Assembly: GCA_043228905.1 (NCBI GenBank)
Contig: JBHGNT010000012.1
Span: 5,704,001 to 5,768,000 of the forward strand
Direction of reading: 5' to 3'
Length of the DNA: 64,000 nucleotides
Origin: Azolla caroliniana
Taxonomy: Eukaryota > Plantae > Polypodiophyta
A model generated the notes under the pieces. It made no database searches. It was not told where the DNA came from and saw nothing but the letters and a program-made list of their open reading frames with translations. Numbering within the stretch: position 1 is the stretch's first letter; the number at the start of each line of letters is the position of its first letter. Below, piece after piece: positions 24,970 through 37,028 of the stretch. Made by a program: the position numbers and the translations under genes.

Positions 24970-25145
24970 CCGGGGGCTTCACTATCAAAACTTGTATGAT
25001 AGCACGTGAGTTCATCAAAAGGGGTTTAAATTAGTCATTGAGATACAGAATCTATATATATAAGGGTATTAATAAATATTCGAAAATATATTTACATAAG
25101 GGTATTATCAATTATGCTAGAGAATATATTTACATAAGGGTATCA
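24969..25145 (+). mobile_element. Terminus of an unclassified TIR-type DNA transposon (CCCGGGG end)
   Basis: cccgggggcttcactat-N17-cacgtgagttcat matches 61739 cccggggactccactat-N17-cacgtgcgttcat. Repeated subterminal TAAGGGTAT motifs follow, and the gag fragment is cut at this point. Confidence 0.55.
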
Positions 25146-25658
25146 TATATACATACATACATTCATTCATATACATGTTCATGCATATATACCTACATTC
25201 AAACATTACATCCATGAATATGTATATACATACATTACAATTTACACCCATTTATACATGCATGCTAATGAAACATAAATATATGTACAATATATATTAC
25301 CATATGTAAATATGTGCATACACATGTGACTTACATAAATACATTACATACTACATATATAAATACATGCATATATATAGGAATGCGCTATTTGCCCCCC
25401 CCCCCCCCCCCCCAAATAGCTCCCCCTCATTTTGGCTAAATGGGAAAAAAAAAATAGCCAACCCCCCCCCAAAAAAAATAAAATAAATAAATCGTTGATA
25501 GTTCTCCCACCATTTTGGTCCCCCCCCCCCCATTTTCTGGTATTTCTCTCGTTAGTTCTCAGCTGAGCATCGCTATCACGCCATTTTGGCCACAACCCAT
25601 TTTCTGATAGTTCTTGTGTCAGCATAGCTAATCCCCCATTTTGGCTTCCCCCACCCCC

Positions 25659-28600
25659 TGTTGTAGGCGAGGAAGGTCGTCTGTGCGGAAAGAGAGAAGC
25701 ATTCGATTCTTGTGAATACCTGCGTGTGACAGAGTGTAGGTCGTGCACAGAGAGAGAGAGAGAGGGAGAGAGACACAAAAGAGTTTCTTATTTCTCAAAG
25801 CAATAATACAACATCCAACCTCACAAAGAGGTTACAAGGTCACTATATATAGTGACCGACTTAGGGCAACTACCCTTTATGCTAATTACATAAATGGCCA
25901 AAACGGGATAGTGTGAATACGTCCATTATACACATGTATTCGATACTCCCCCGTAATGGGCGTATACATGGGTTATCTAAGATTACAGGTATAGACTTAG
26001 GTTCTCGGACACATCAGCTTTGTTCCAGTCGGCAGGGTCCGAAGGCAGAAGACCGAACTGGTCGGGTCGGAACAGTTGAAGCCGATCATTAAGGAACTGA
26101 TGTCGGTTGTTGGGAACCATCCTGCTCTGTGTCCGGCTCTAACCGGACTGGTTTGTCGTTACGCCCATCTGATGCCGAAGAGACCGAAAACGGTCTGCCG
26201 AGAGACACTTGGTCATTCCATCTGCGACATTGTCGGTTGTGGATATTTTCGCTAGACCGATTTTCCCTGAAATGACGCAGTCCCGAACGAAATGATATCG
26301 AACGTCGATATGTTTGGAGGCGTTGTGGTGAACTGGATTTTTCGACAAGGCAACAACACCTTGACTGTCGCTGTAGACAACTGGAGCCGAGTCATGGTCG
26401 ACTTGTCGAAACGCGTGCGCCAGCCGACCGAGCCACAAAGCTTCTTTTGCTGCGTCGGACGCAGCTACATATTCTGCTTCGGTCGTTGAGGTCGCTGTGC
26501 ACTCCTGAAGTTTCGACTTCCACGAGATTGCTCCATTGCCGAATTTGAAGCAGTATCCGGTTGTTGATTTCCGACTGTCTATACAGCCGGCGAAGTCCGA
26601 GTCGGTGTAACCGACTACGCCTGAGGTTCGGTTCGGACCGAAAAGAATGCCGTGGTCTTTTGTGCCAGCCAGATATCTGAACACATGCTTGACTGCGTTC
26701 CAATGCGATCGGCCAGGGTTGTGCATAAATCTGCTAACGACTCCTACGGCGTGAGAAATATCAGGCCGTGTCGCGACCATCAGGTACATAAGGGAGCCGA
26801 CTGCCGGTGCATACGGTACCGACTTCATATCTTCCCCCTCCGGACCGGATGTCGGGCAGTCTCGCTGAGAGAGCCGAAGATTCATTGGGAGCGGGGTTGA
26901 AGCAGATTTGGCTGATTGCATGTTGAAGCGTTCCAAGACACGTCGGATATAGTCGGTCTGAGACAAAAAAAGATGTCGTTTATCGCGATGCCGACTAATC
27001 TTCATGCCGAGTATGTGTCGTGCCGGACCGAGGTCCTTCATGGCAAACTTCAACCGCAGTTGCCGAATGAGATCAGCAAGTTCGCCCGCGTGGCGTCCAG
27101 AAATTAGCATGTCGTCCACGTAAATGATGAGGAAGATGGGTGAACCATCTTGAGCTGTGTTGGTGAAGAGACAATGGTCCTCATCGCTTTTGGAGAAGCC
27201 GATCGATTGGATGAAGTCGTCGAACTTCTTGTACCATTGTCGCGGTGCCTGTTTGAGGCCGTATAGACTCTTCCTGAGTCGGCAGACTAGATGTTCTTGG
27301 CCGGTGGCCACGAAGCCTTTGGGCTGCTCCATATAAATTTCCTCCTCGAGATCACCATGGAGGAAGGCTGTTTTGACATCTAGCTGAATCAGCTCCAAGT
27401 TGTCGGCTGCCACTACGCCGAGTAGGAAACGAAGGGTTGTCATTTTCACCACTGGTGAGAAAATCTCGTCGAAGTCGACGCCATATTCTTGTCGGAAGCC
27501 CTTCGCAACTAATCTGGCCTTGTACTTTGGGGTGGTCGAATCAGACGTCTCTTTCAGTCGATAAACCCACTTGCAAGGAAGAGCACGTCGATTCTTAGGT
27601 AATTCGACCAGGTCCCAAGTCTTGTTTGCCCGAATGGAGTGCATTTCCGACTCCATCGCCAGATGCCAGGTGGCTAAATCGACAGATGTCGATGCTTCTT
27701 CGTAAGACGTCGGTTCGCCGGCGTCGGTGAAGAAAATTCCAGGAGAATACCTCTCCGGAGGTTGCGACAGTCTCTCGGATCGTCGAGGTATGATTGGACT
27801 GGTCGCATCGGGTATCGAGGTCGGATGGTCCGAAAGCGGATTGTTCTGCTGCGCCGAGTCGGGGTTGTCCGAGTCGGTAGTGTGAGGTTCAGCTACCCGT
27901 GAAGCTGACCGTGTGTTAAGAGCGGGGCCTTCTTGAAGGGTCGGCACATCAGAAAATGTTACCCTCCGGACTTCGATCGGTTTTTCGACTGATGGATTCA
28001 TAGCCGACTCGTTGAACACAACGTCCGAACTTCGGACGATTTGTCTGCGTTCGGGATCCCAGAGTCGGTATCCCATTTCGCCGTCGGATCCATATCCAAG
28101 GAAAATGCATTTCCTGGACCGAGGTGCAAGTTTTCGGCGATCATCTTTCGGAATAAGGGCATACGCCTCGCATCCGAAGATCCTCAGCTTGTCGTAATTC
28201 GGCTTACTGCCGATCCATAGTTCCTGAGGAATTTGAAGTCCTAGAGGTCTACTTGGCGACATATTGATTATGTGTACTGCCGTGAGTAGAGCCTCTGCCC
28301 AGAAGCCATCCGACAGTTCGGAGTGTTGGAGCATGGAAACTATCCGTTCTTGGATTGTCCGATTCATGCGTTCGGCAATCCCGTTTTGCTCCGGGCTGTG
28401 TGGTGCCGTAAATTCACGTCGGATGCCGCGTTGTCGGCAGAATTTGACGAATTCTTCAGATTTGAACTCTCCCCCATTGTCTGTCCGAAAGCATTTCAGC
28501 TTTCGGTCGGTTTGATTTTCTATCATAGCGAGCCAATCGGTGAAGATCGAGAAGACCCGATCTTTGGTGCGAATTGGATACGCCCACACCTTTCGAGTCG

Positions 28601-31115
28601 AATCGTCAATAAAAGTGACGAAGTAAGAGGCACCGCCAAGAGACTGATGCGGCATTGGGCCACAGACGTCCGAGTGGACCAAATCGAGAGGTCTCGTTTC
28701 TCTTGGTGCTGATGTCGGGTGTGATGCGGCTGCTTGTTTGCCATACTGGCAATGCTCGCAGAATTGATGGTCGGAGAAGGAGAGTTTGGGGATGTATCCG
28801 GCTCTAGATAGATGCGTGATGCCGGCCTTGCTGAGGTGTCCTAATCTTCTGTGCCATAGTGACGACACAGGAATATCCACCAAAAACAGGTTACCCTCTC
28901 TGAGTGTAACATGTAACGGATACAGTGAGTGTATCTTGGGTCCTCTAGCAAGCAGGAGGTTCCCCCTATGGAGTGTCCACCCTCCCGAAGAAAAACCGGC
29001 ACGAATGCCGTCTTCATCTAGTTGTCCGACTGAGATTAATGGCCTTGAGAGCTCGGGTACATGTCGGACATTGTGGAGTACAAGTGTAGAGCCACCTACA
29101 AGGTTGAGCTCTACTGTGCCGATTCCGATGATGTCACAGTGTTGCGAGTTGCCGACTCGAACTGAGTCGGAGTGACGGATCGTATATTGCCGAAATTGGG
29201 ATCGATGAGGAGTCACGTGAAATGACGCGCCCGAATCTAAGAGCCATGTGCTCGATTCTTCAGTCGTGAGCAGAACTTCTGATCCGACTGGATTTTCGAT
29301 TGATAGTATATTCGGGTCGTCCGGTAGTACATCAGCTGAGAAGCTGACGTAATTGATCTCCTCATGCCGGCCACTCTTCTTGTTGTTTTTGTTCTTGAGT
29401 GCGCGGCAGTCGGCTTTGATGTGTCCGGGTTTCTTGCAATAGTTGCAGATTCGGTTATCCCGTGACTGGCTCCGTCTTCGCTGATTGTTCGGCGGTCGTG
29501 AGGAATCTCTTCCTCGTATGTTCGATCGGTCTGTCGAACCTTGTACTACATAAGCGTCGTCTGTTGAGTCTTTGGCGAAAGACTTTCTCCGAGCTGCTTC
29601 GGTCAGGATTGCGCTCGTGACTTCGGAGTATTTAACAGCCGTGGTTGACGCGTTGCACACGGTTGTGACGAAAGTTTCCCATGATGAGGGAAGGCTGCTC
29701 ATGAGTATCATTGCTCTGAGTTCATCCTCGATTGCCGTCCCCTGTGACGAGATTTGGGAGCTTATGCTTTCGTACTCATTGAGGTGTGCTTGGACCGAAT
29801 CGGATTCTTTCATCCGCAAGTTGTAGAGGCGCCGGATCAGAAACATCTTCGTTGCGGCGACCTTCTTTTCGTAAGTGTCCGACAGTGTTTTCCACAGTTC
29901 GAATGCTGTCGTACACGATTGCACCGTAAAATATACCGATTCCGATAGGTGCATCCGAATCGTGGCGCGGACAATTCTGTCCAGCTTCTGCCACTCGATT
30001 GGTTTGTATCCTTCTGGAGGTTCTTCATTTTCGATGGGATCGATTTGCCCCTTGACTATGAGATAGTCCTGCATTTGCTCCTTCCAGAAGTTAAAGTTCG
30101 ATCCATCGAACTTTCGTAGACTCATTTCTGACGAGCCGGATGTTGATGCCATCAAATTCGGTTTCGGTTGACGAAGCTCGGTTCGGAGTCGGCTACGAAC
30201 CTTGTTGGAGTGCAGCCGGTTGGCTCACCCGATATCGTTCTAGTCGGATTTGAACCCGAGTAGGTTCGGCTTCGGAGCTTGCTTGAATTGACTTCGGTAG
30301 CTTGAGGGACAGAACCGACTGGTCTTCCCGAATGTTACCGAGTCGGAGTGAGTCCGGTTCGCTTCGGATATATCTGCCGAATACCGATTATTAAAACCGA
30401 TTATCTGAACCGATTCTGCTTCGGGTGGCTGCAGCGACGAGAGAGATGGATCCAACTGATCCTCTCGAATGTCGATCAGCCGGATGAAGCACGAATTGGG
30501 GTTGTTGTCTTGAGACCGATTTGCACCGAGTGGTTACAACGAGCGGCGATTGATGACCTCTTCGGATGCCGTTTAACCGAATGGAGCACGATCGTGTCAA
30601 TGTTGCACAAGGGGATTTCACCTCGAGCGGTTACGATCACGAAGGACAGAGTACAACCTGATGGCTTACTCCAAGCAAGAGGATCTAACGCGATGAGGTG
30701 CAGACCTCGTTTTTGTTCTTCTTCTCTCTTTCTTCGAATGACGCGAATACTGTGCAGGCCGTGATGAAGTGAAGAACCGAATGCTGTGCAGGCGGTGATG
30801 ACGGCCGAACCTCTGCTCTGATACCAGATGTTGTAGGCGAGGAAGGTCGTCTGTGCGGAAAGAGAGAAGCATTCGATTCTTGTGAATACCTGCGTGTGAC
30901 AGAGTGTAGGTCGTGCACAGAGAGAGAGAGAGAGGGAGAGAGACACAAAAGAGTTTCTTATTTCTCAAAGCAATAATACAACATCCAACCTCACAAAGAG
31001 GTTACAAGGTCACTATATATAGTGACCGACTTAGGGCAACTACCCTTTATGCTAATTACATAAATGGCCAAAACGGGATAGTGTGAATACGTCCATTATA
31101 CACATGTATTCGACA
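25659..31115 (-). mobile_element. Copia family copy C, full length (5457 bp), potentially active
   Basis: LTRs 30829-31115 and 25659-25945 (287 bp, one visible mismatch at 25944). PBS and PPT present. TSD CCCCC at 25654-25658 / 31116-31120. Confidence 0.96.
26139..30152 (-). CDS. Intact copia gag-pol polyprotein (copy C)
   Basis: Uninterrupted ORF with zinc knuckle, DSGA protease, HHCC (WHRRLGH...CEHC), DDE integrase, YVDD RT and RNase H. Confidence 0.96.
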   Translation of the reverse strand: MASTSGSSEMSLRKFDGSNFNFWKEQMQDYLIVKGQIDPIENEEPPEGYKPIEWQKLDRIVRATIRMHLSESVYFTVQSCTTAFELWKTLSDTYEKKVAATKMFLIRRLYNLRMKESDSVQAHLNEYESISSQISSQGTAIEDELRAMILMSSLPSSWETFVTTVCNASTTAVKYSEVTSAILTEAARRKSFAKDSTDDAYVVQGSTDRSNIRGRDSSRPPNNQRRRSQSRDNRICNYCKKPGHIKADCRALKNKNNKKSGRHEEINYVSFSADVLPDDPNILSIENPVGSEVLLTTEESSTWLLDSGASFHVTPHRSQFRQYTIRHSDSVRVGNSQHCDIIGIGTVELNLVGGSTLVLHNVRHVPELSRPLISVGQLDEDGIRAGFSSGGWTLHRGNLLLARGPKIHSLYPLHVTLREGNLFLVDIPVSSLWHRRLGHLSKAGITHLSRAGYIPKLSFSDHQFCEHCQYGKQAAASHPTSAPRETRPLDLVHSDVCGPMPHQSLGGASYFVTFIDDSTRKVWAYPIRTKDRVFSIFTDWLAMIENQTDRKLKCFRTDNGGEFKSEEFVKFCRQRGIRREFTAPHSPEQNGIAERMNRTIQERIVSMLQHSELSDGFWAEALLTAVHIINMSPSRPLGLQIPQELWIGSKPNYDKLRIFGCEAYALIPKDDRRKLAPRSRKCIFLGYGSDGEMGYRLWDPERRQIVRSSDVVFNESAMNPSVEKPIEVRRVTFSDVPTLQEGPALNTRSASRVAEPHTTDSDNPDSAQQNNPLSDHPTSIPDATSPIIPRRSERLSQPPERYSPGIFFTDAGEPTSYEEASTSVDLATWHLAMESEMHSIRANKTWDLVELPKNRRALPCKWVYRLKETSDSTTPKYKARLVAKGFRQEYGVDFDEIFSPVVKMTTLRFLLGVVAADNLELIQLDVKTAFLHGDLEEEIYMEQPKGFVATGQEHLVCRLRKSLYGLKQAPRQWYKKFDDFIQSIGFSKSDEDHCLFTNTAQDGSPIFLIIYVDDMLISGRHAGELADLIRQLRLKFAMKDLGPARHILGMKISRHRDKRHLFLSQTDYIRRVLERFNMQSAKSASTPLPMNLRLSQRDCPTSGPEGEDMKSVPYAPAVGSLMYLMVATRPDISHAVGVVSRFMHNPGRSHWNAVKHVFRYLAGTKDHGILFGPNRTSGVVGYTDSDFAGCIDSRKSTTGYCFKFGNGAISWKSKLQECTATSTTEAEYVAASDAAKEALWLGRLAHAFRQVDHDSAPVVYSDSQGVVALSKNPVHHNASKHIDVRYHFVRDCVISGKIGLAKISTTDNVADGMTKCLSADRFRSLRHQMGVTTNQSG

Positions 31116-31217
31116 CCCCCCCCCCCCCCCCCAAATTTCTGGTAGTTCTCACGTTAGTTCTCAGCTGAGCATAGCTATCACGCCATTTTGGCTCCCCCCC
31201 CCCCCCCCCGAAACAAC

Positions 31218-33140
31218 ATGTCTCCCCAACCGTCTTCAGCTTCAATTATCGATAAAGCCTTCACTGAGAGAGGGGCTCTGATCAGTTTTATCAAGGACCA
31301 TTTCCGTGCTTAGAATATCATCGTTGTAGTGGATAAGCAAAACGACAATAGAAAAGTCACTTTCAAGTGCTACTATGGGGGAAAATATCGCAACCCTCTA
31401 GGCTTGACTGACGATACTCGCAAAAGACAAATGGGGACTCGTCTAATGGACTACCCATTCTTCGTTAGAGCAAACTTCTCGAAGAAAACGAGATAGTGGA
31501 CTATTAAAAAGGCAGCTATTGGACAATCTTGGTGGTATATCAATGGCTCGTAGACTAACTAAAATAGAAAAAGGCATTGTTTGAAACATGGCAAATGCTA
31601 GAACTAGTGCGGCTTCAACTCTAGCCTACTTGAGAGAAAAAACCTGAAATCAATGGACCACAAGGAAAGAAATCTACAACGAAAAAGTGGTTGCAAGAGC
31701 CGAGTTTCTTTACGGACGCTCGCCAATTCAAGTGTTGTATGATGAGATCTCCACTAGAGACTTTATCTTCAATGTCAAGGTGAACTCGAACGGCTCAATC
31801 AGTGGCCTTTTCTTTTGTCATCAGAGGTCGGCAAATCTTGCCAGACGGTTCAATGTGGTATTTGTCATGGATTGCACCTTCAAAAACGAATAGATTTGGC
31901 ATGCCGTTGCTCACCATCGTTGGAACTACGGTCACAAATAGCATGTTCAATGTTGGATTTGTGTTCATATGCAACGAGACAGAACCCATGTATGTTTGGG
32001 CATTGCAGTCATTCAAATTTGTGACAAAACCATTAGTGGTTGTAACTGATAGAGAACTTTCCTTGATGACTGCAATTGCTATCATGTTCCCTTCTACAAA
32101 GAATTTGCTTTGCATCTAGCATGTCAACAAAAACGTTCGCCTATGCAACGATGAAGTTTGCAAGCACCGACGACACAAATGCCTATATGGATGACTGGAA
32201 CCAGCTTCTATACTCTTCTAGCAAGCTAAATTTTGAGGCTAACTAGGCCACGTTTCAAACGAAATGGCGACCAAGTCATGATGCGCTGGTGCAGTATGTA
32301 TACGAGACTTGGTTGATTCACAAAGACAAGATTGTATGTTATTGGACTGGTCGCTTCCCCCACTTTGGAATGACCAGCACCTCTCGCAATGAAGGCAACC
32401 ACTATGTCGTCAAGAGGGTTTTAGGCATTGTAATTAACAATCTACTCACTATATTCAAGAAAATTTGTTTACTACTGGACACACAACTGACAAAATTGAA
32501 CACCAAAATGGAGTCTGACAAGTCTACATAGGCACATCGACATGCACTCGAGTTCATGAGGCCGCTAGTAAAGAAGATATCCAAACACGCATTAGACAAG
32601 TTATTGGAGCAGTACAAGAAAGTTATTGACAACGTTTATGGTGATGAATGTAGAGGGTTGTTTCGATCATGTTTTGGCATCCCATGTTATCATGAAATTT
32701 TGAGATGCATCCAAAGAATTGAAAGATTCCATATTGAAGATATTCACCATCAATGGCACTTGATTGCATGTTCAGTGGTTCAACCCGCCGCTATAGCTGA
32801 GCCATGTTTGTCTCCCAGAAAGTGTTTGATGAGGAACATCGAGCAAAGATTGCATGAAACTGACGATGACCAGATTGTTGTTCTCATTACATGATTGGAT
32901 GAAGCAAGTCAGGCACCACTGCAGTCTCTCTCCAATCTAGTGGTGGTGACTAGAAAGCGAGGTTGCCATGCAGGGTCAAAGAACAAAAAGCCCAACCAAA
33001 GGGAGAAGTCACTATTTGAGTACTCTACCAGTTGCAAATGTTCCAAATGTGGTCAAGCTGGTTAGAATGCACGCACTTGCGATATGCATTTGACCCCCCA
33101 TTTTGGTTATTTGCCCCTGCAATACCAAGAAAGTTATTGA
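31218..33140 (+). pseudogene. MULE/FAR1-type transposase pseudogene
   Basis: FKC..GGKYRN N-terminal domain, VFVMDCTFKTNRFGMPLL, VVTDRELSLM, LLCI(W)H, TSRNEGNH, C-terminal CSKCGQAG knuckle. Multiple stops and frameshifts. Confidence 0.88.
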
Positions 33141-33499
33141 CAACGATTCCTTTTTATGTAATAGTTGATAAACCTATTTATGAGTTTGTAAAGTGTAATA
33201 GTTGATATATATCACAAAATGTTTTTGGTTGAGGTGAGAACTATCACAATTTTTTTTTTTGGGGGGGTGTTGGGGGGTTAGCCAAAACGAGGGGGCGGTA
33301 TTTAGGGGGGGCAAATAGCCAAAATGGGGGGGTGCAAATAGCGCATTCCTATACATATATATATATATACATACATACATGCTACATACATATTAGAATC
33401 ATCCATATATATTTACATACATACATGCATAAACATACATAAAAATTACGAAGTACATATATTTTATACACCTTACAAAAATAATTTTGTATACTTAAA

Positions 33500-36400
33500 T
33501 ATATGCAATGAGGAACTGATTGATCAGGTTGCCTTTAGAAATATAATAAATAGGGTACCAAGGAAACTTACGGCTCAGATGATGGACCAATTAAATACCC
33601 CTATAGGTATGCATGAATTGTGGGATACTATTGGGGATATGAATAAACAATGTTGTGTAGGAATTGATGGACTTCCTATATACTTTTACATCAAATATTG
33701 GGATTTAATTAAGGATGACATGCTAGTAGGGATGCAATACATTATGGTAGAAGGATTAATTCCCACAACAATGTGTAGAGGAATGATTTATTTAATACCC
33801 AAGGATGGCAAAGACCTAACAACGTTTGATAATTGGCGACCATTGACGATTCTGACCAATGCTTATAAGATAATGGCAAAAAATGTAAGTAAGAGATTGA
33901 AAACGATATTTGGGGACATTATACATACAACACAAACTGGCTTCTTGGAAAATCAGAGCATTGTTGACAATGTAATAACATTCTGGGAATACTCAGCATA
34001 GGCGGAGGAGCAAGAAGTGGACCTAGCAGTAATGCTACTCGACTTTGAAAAAACATATGATAGGATTTCATGGGAATTCCCAGAAGCAGTGATGGCAACC
34101 CTAGACTTTGAACAACAATGGATCCTTGGAATGGGTGCCTTTTACAGAGGTGCATCTAGCCAGGTTTTAATAGCTAGAAGTATGGGGAAGAGCTTTAAGA
34201 TGCTATGTTCGGTATGTCAAGGATGCTCATTGGCCCCGTACTTATACATCATTGTAGCAAAAGCTTTGCATTATCAAATGGCTTATAGATCTTGGCAAAT
34301 ACAATGCCTTTCCTTGCCCGATGATGAAGGTATGGTGTTGGATACGACATATGATGACGACACCACGACCTATGTCAAGGGTGATGCAAACAACTTGGGC
34401 AGATTGCAAAAATTATGCAATTGATGAGTTTTGTAGGGGATCGGATGCTAAAATAAATTGGGATAAATCAGTGGGCATTTGGATCAGTAATAAGCCCGTG
34501 TTAAATTGGGCCCCTAACCCCAATTTTAGATGGTTGAGGAGAGGAGACGCTACTAGATACTTGGGCTTCAAAATTGGTATGGACATCGATCGATCAAAAC
34601 ACTACAATCTACTAGTGAACAAAATAAAAGCGAAGCTAATATGGTGGAATGCAAGAAAACTATCCTTTGCAGGCAAGATTGTGATTGCAAATCAGATTCT
34701 AATGGCCACTGTATGGCATACTACTACATGTTGAATAATCGTGCCCAAGTCGATGAAATTGATAAAAAGGATTATCAGAAATTTCTTATAGGGGGGGCAC
34801 AGAGGAAAAATAGGACCGTGCAAAGGTTGCTTGGACCACACTTATAAAAAGGAAAAGTGAAGGGGGGGTGGGATTGATAGATCTCGTGGTGCAAATGAAG
34901 GCCTTGCTAGGCAAACTAGTGGTCAGGAGCTTACAACCTCCTGAGGCATCTTGGAAAGTTCTATGGCGACGCAGATGGAAGATGTGATTGCCGAGACAAG
35001 GTGGGCGCTGGCCAAGCAGCCCCTTTTGGGGTTTTGTGCCAAAAATGATACCCAAATATTGGGGAAGTATGCAAAGTCTCTGTGCTATTGGAATTATGAA
35101 ATCATGGCAAGAAATTAGAAAGGGGATCACATGTAAGTGGAGAAATGATGCATATGCTCGGATGTACATGCCAATTGTGTGGAACCCATTGATTAGAGAT
35201 GTGGATGGGTTGATGATTGGACAAAAAGCAGGCTTCAAATGGGCTGAGTTAATCAATGCCCAAGGGAATGCATTGATGGAGTGGGAGAGGTTTTTGTCCA
35301 ATGAGGTGGGCACTCAAAAGGCTAGAATATGGAGAAAATGCAGGGGTAAAGGCATGCTCAAGAGAATTACAGATGACATTGCATGCTACAGGCATAACTT
35401 GGAAGAGGAAGAAATAACTACCTCTAAAATTGCGTAGACAAGACTTATAGATGCCGAGAATTGTTTAATTGGCATTAAGGGACTGAAAGCAGAATCAAAT
35501 GAGGCATGCTACTACAAACTAGAGCACGGAATGGTAAGAGATGAGCAACCAACCTATCACAGAGAAAGGCCGATTAGGCTGGTAGCAAAAAATGGAAAGG
35601 ATATGATTATTGACCCTAAGCCAAGGGAGATCACACCGGTGACAATGTGTTGGCCTATAGAAGGGCATTTGGATCAGCTATCAAGGGACCAAGCGATGTA
35701 TTTTTCGAGAACTCAAGGATGAATTGATGATGGGACAAAGCTGGTTCAATTTTTCAGGTACAACACGAAAATTGGGAGGCAAATTATTCTAGAACAAGAG
35801 CACGGCAAGATTGTGGCAAAGAAATTTTGGATACAAGAAGTCATTAGTGAAATGAGACTAGATCAATTTTGGAAAATGATATGGTATGAGAATTATGACC
35901 GCAAGATAATGATGTGTTTATGGCTTATTGCACATAGAGAGACAATGTAGACGCTAGATGTATTGGATGTGGATAGATAAAAAGCATTTCCCATTGTCCA
36001 TGGGAATGTTGTGAGGCAGTGGTTGTATGGGGAAGGGCACTACATTTGCTTTGCCATGCCTCTAGTTCGTTCACCCTCAACTAGGGACATGCTTGTTGGA
36101 ACTGTCTTGAGGATGATGTGGCGATATACATTAGCACATGCAATGCTAAGTACAGAGGGGAGAATGACACTGTTTGGCTGATCATTGACAACAGGGTACC
36201 TACAGTTAGTGCACATAAAAAAAAACTTGGAGATCTTTGGACGTTGCTTGCCCCCATTACCATATGGTGTATATGGACAACAAGGTATACCTGGGTATTT
36301 TCAGCTAATATGGCACACATTAATAACTACACTAAGAGCTCAATATGAGCGGATTGATGGTACTGATGATGCTGCAGAATTAATGAGGCAGAATTTTAGA

Positions 36401-36700
36401 AAGAGGTGATGTACTACACCGATGGCCACAACAAATGGAATGGATATACAGTGGAAGTATGTAGTACCCAGATTGTTGTTCCCCCCTCTCATTAGTTGAA
36501 CGAGGGGCGTGAAAGAGATATCATGTGGGATAGTGAATGTAGGTGATGTGTATGAAAGGATGGCTAGAGACACATGTGAAAGTGTATGATAAATAAGTGA
36601 GATTTCTTATGTAGGATTGGATAGGATAGGCAAGGCCTACCCGAGAAAGGGATCGAGTTTGTGTACCTAATGGAGTATATTCTCTTTTGGAATTTATTTT
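33500..36700 (+). mobile_element. Decayed, 5'-truncated L1/Tx1-type LINE ORF2 (reverse transcriptase)
   Basis: GIDGLP..FY, NWRPLTIL, QTGF, LLDFEKTYDRISW, QGCSLAPYLY, YDDDTT, RYLG, GGVGLIDL. Stops and frameshifts. Boundaries approximate. Confidence 0.88.
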
Positions 36701-36739
36701 TTAATTTTTTAATTTTATATACTACATATTACACACATC

Positions 36740-37028
36740 TATTATTATACACACAATTATATACAAATACATATATACATACCAGTAACCAAACACAAAC
36801 AATATACAAATATAAATCAATTACATATTATAAATAGTAATGCGCTATTTGGTATTTAGGGGGGGCAAATAACGCATTACTATTTGCCCCCTCTAAATAC
36901 CGCCCCTCGTTTTGGCTATTATTATACACACAATTATATACAAATACATATATACATACCAGTAACCAAACACAAACAATATACAAATATAAATCAATTA
37001 CATATTATAAATAGTAATGCGCTATTTG
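36740..37028. repeat. Direct duplication (~110 bp) of flank plus MULE TIR tip with an internal inverted TIR piece
   Basis: 36740-36851 is repeated at ~36918-37028. The intervening 36852-36885 is a reverse-complement of the TIR tip. Confidence 0.75.

Larger units (their letters stand above)
25380..33349 (+). mobile_element. MULE (Mutator/FAR1-like) DNA transposon copy 1, defective, with copia C in its left subterminal region
   Basis: TIRs GGAATGCGCTATTTGC... (25380) and ...GCAAATAGCGCATTCC (33349). Poly-C/G and CATTTTGG subterminal repeats. TA-rich flanks on both sides. Confidence 0.85.
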
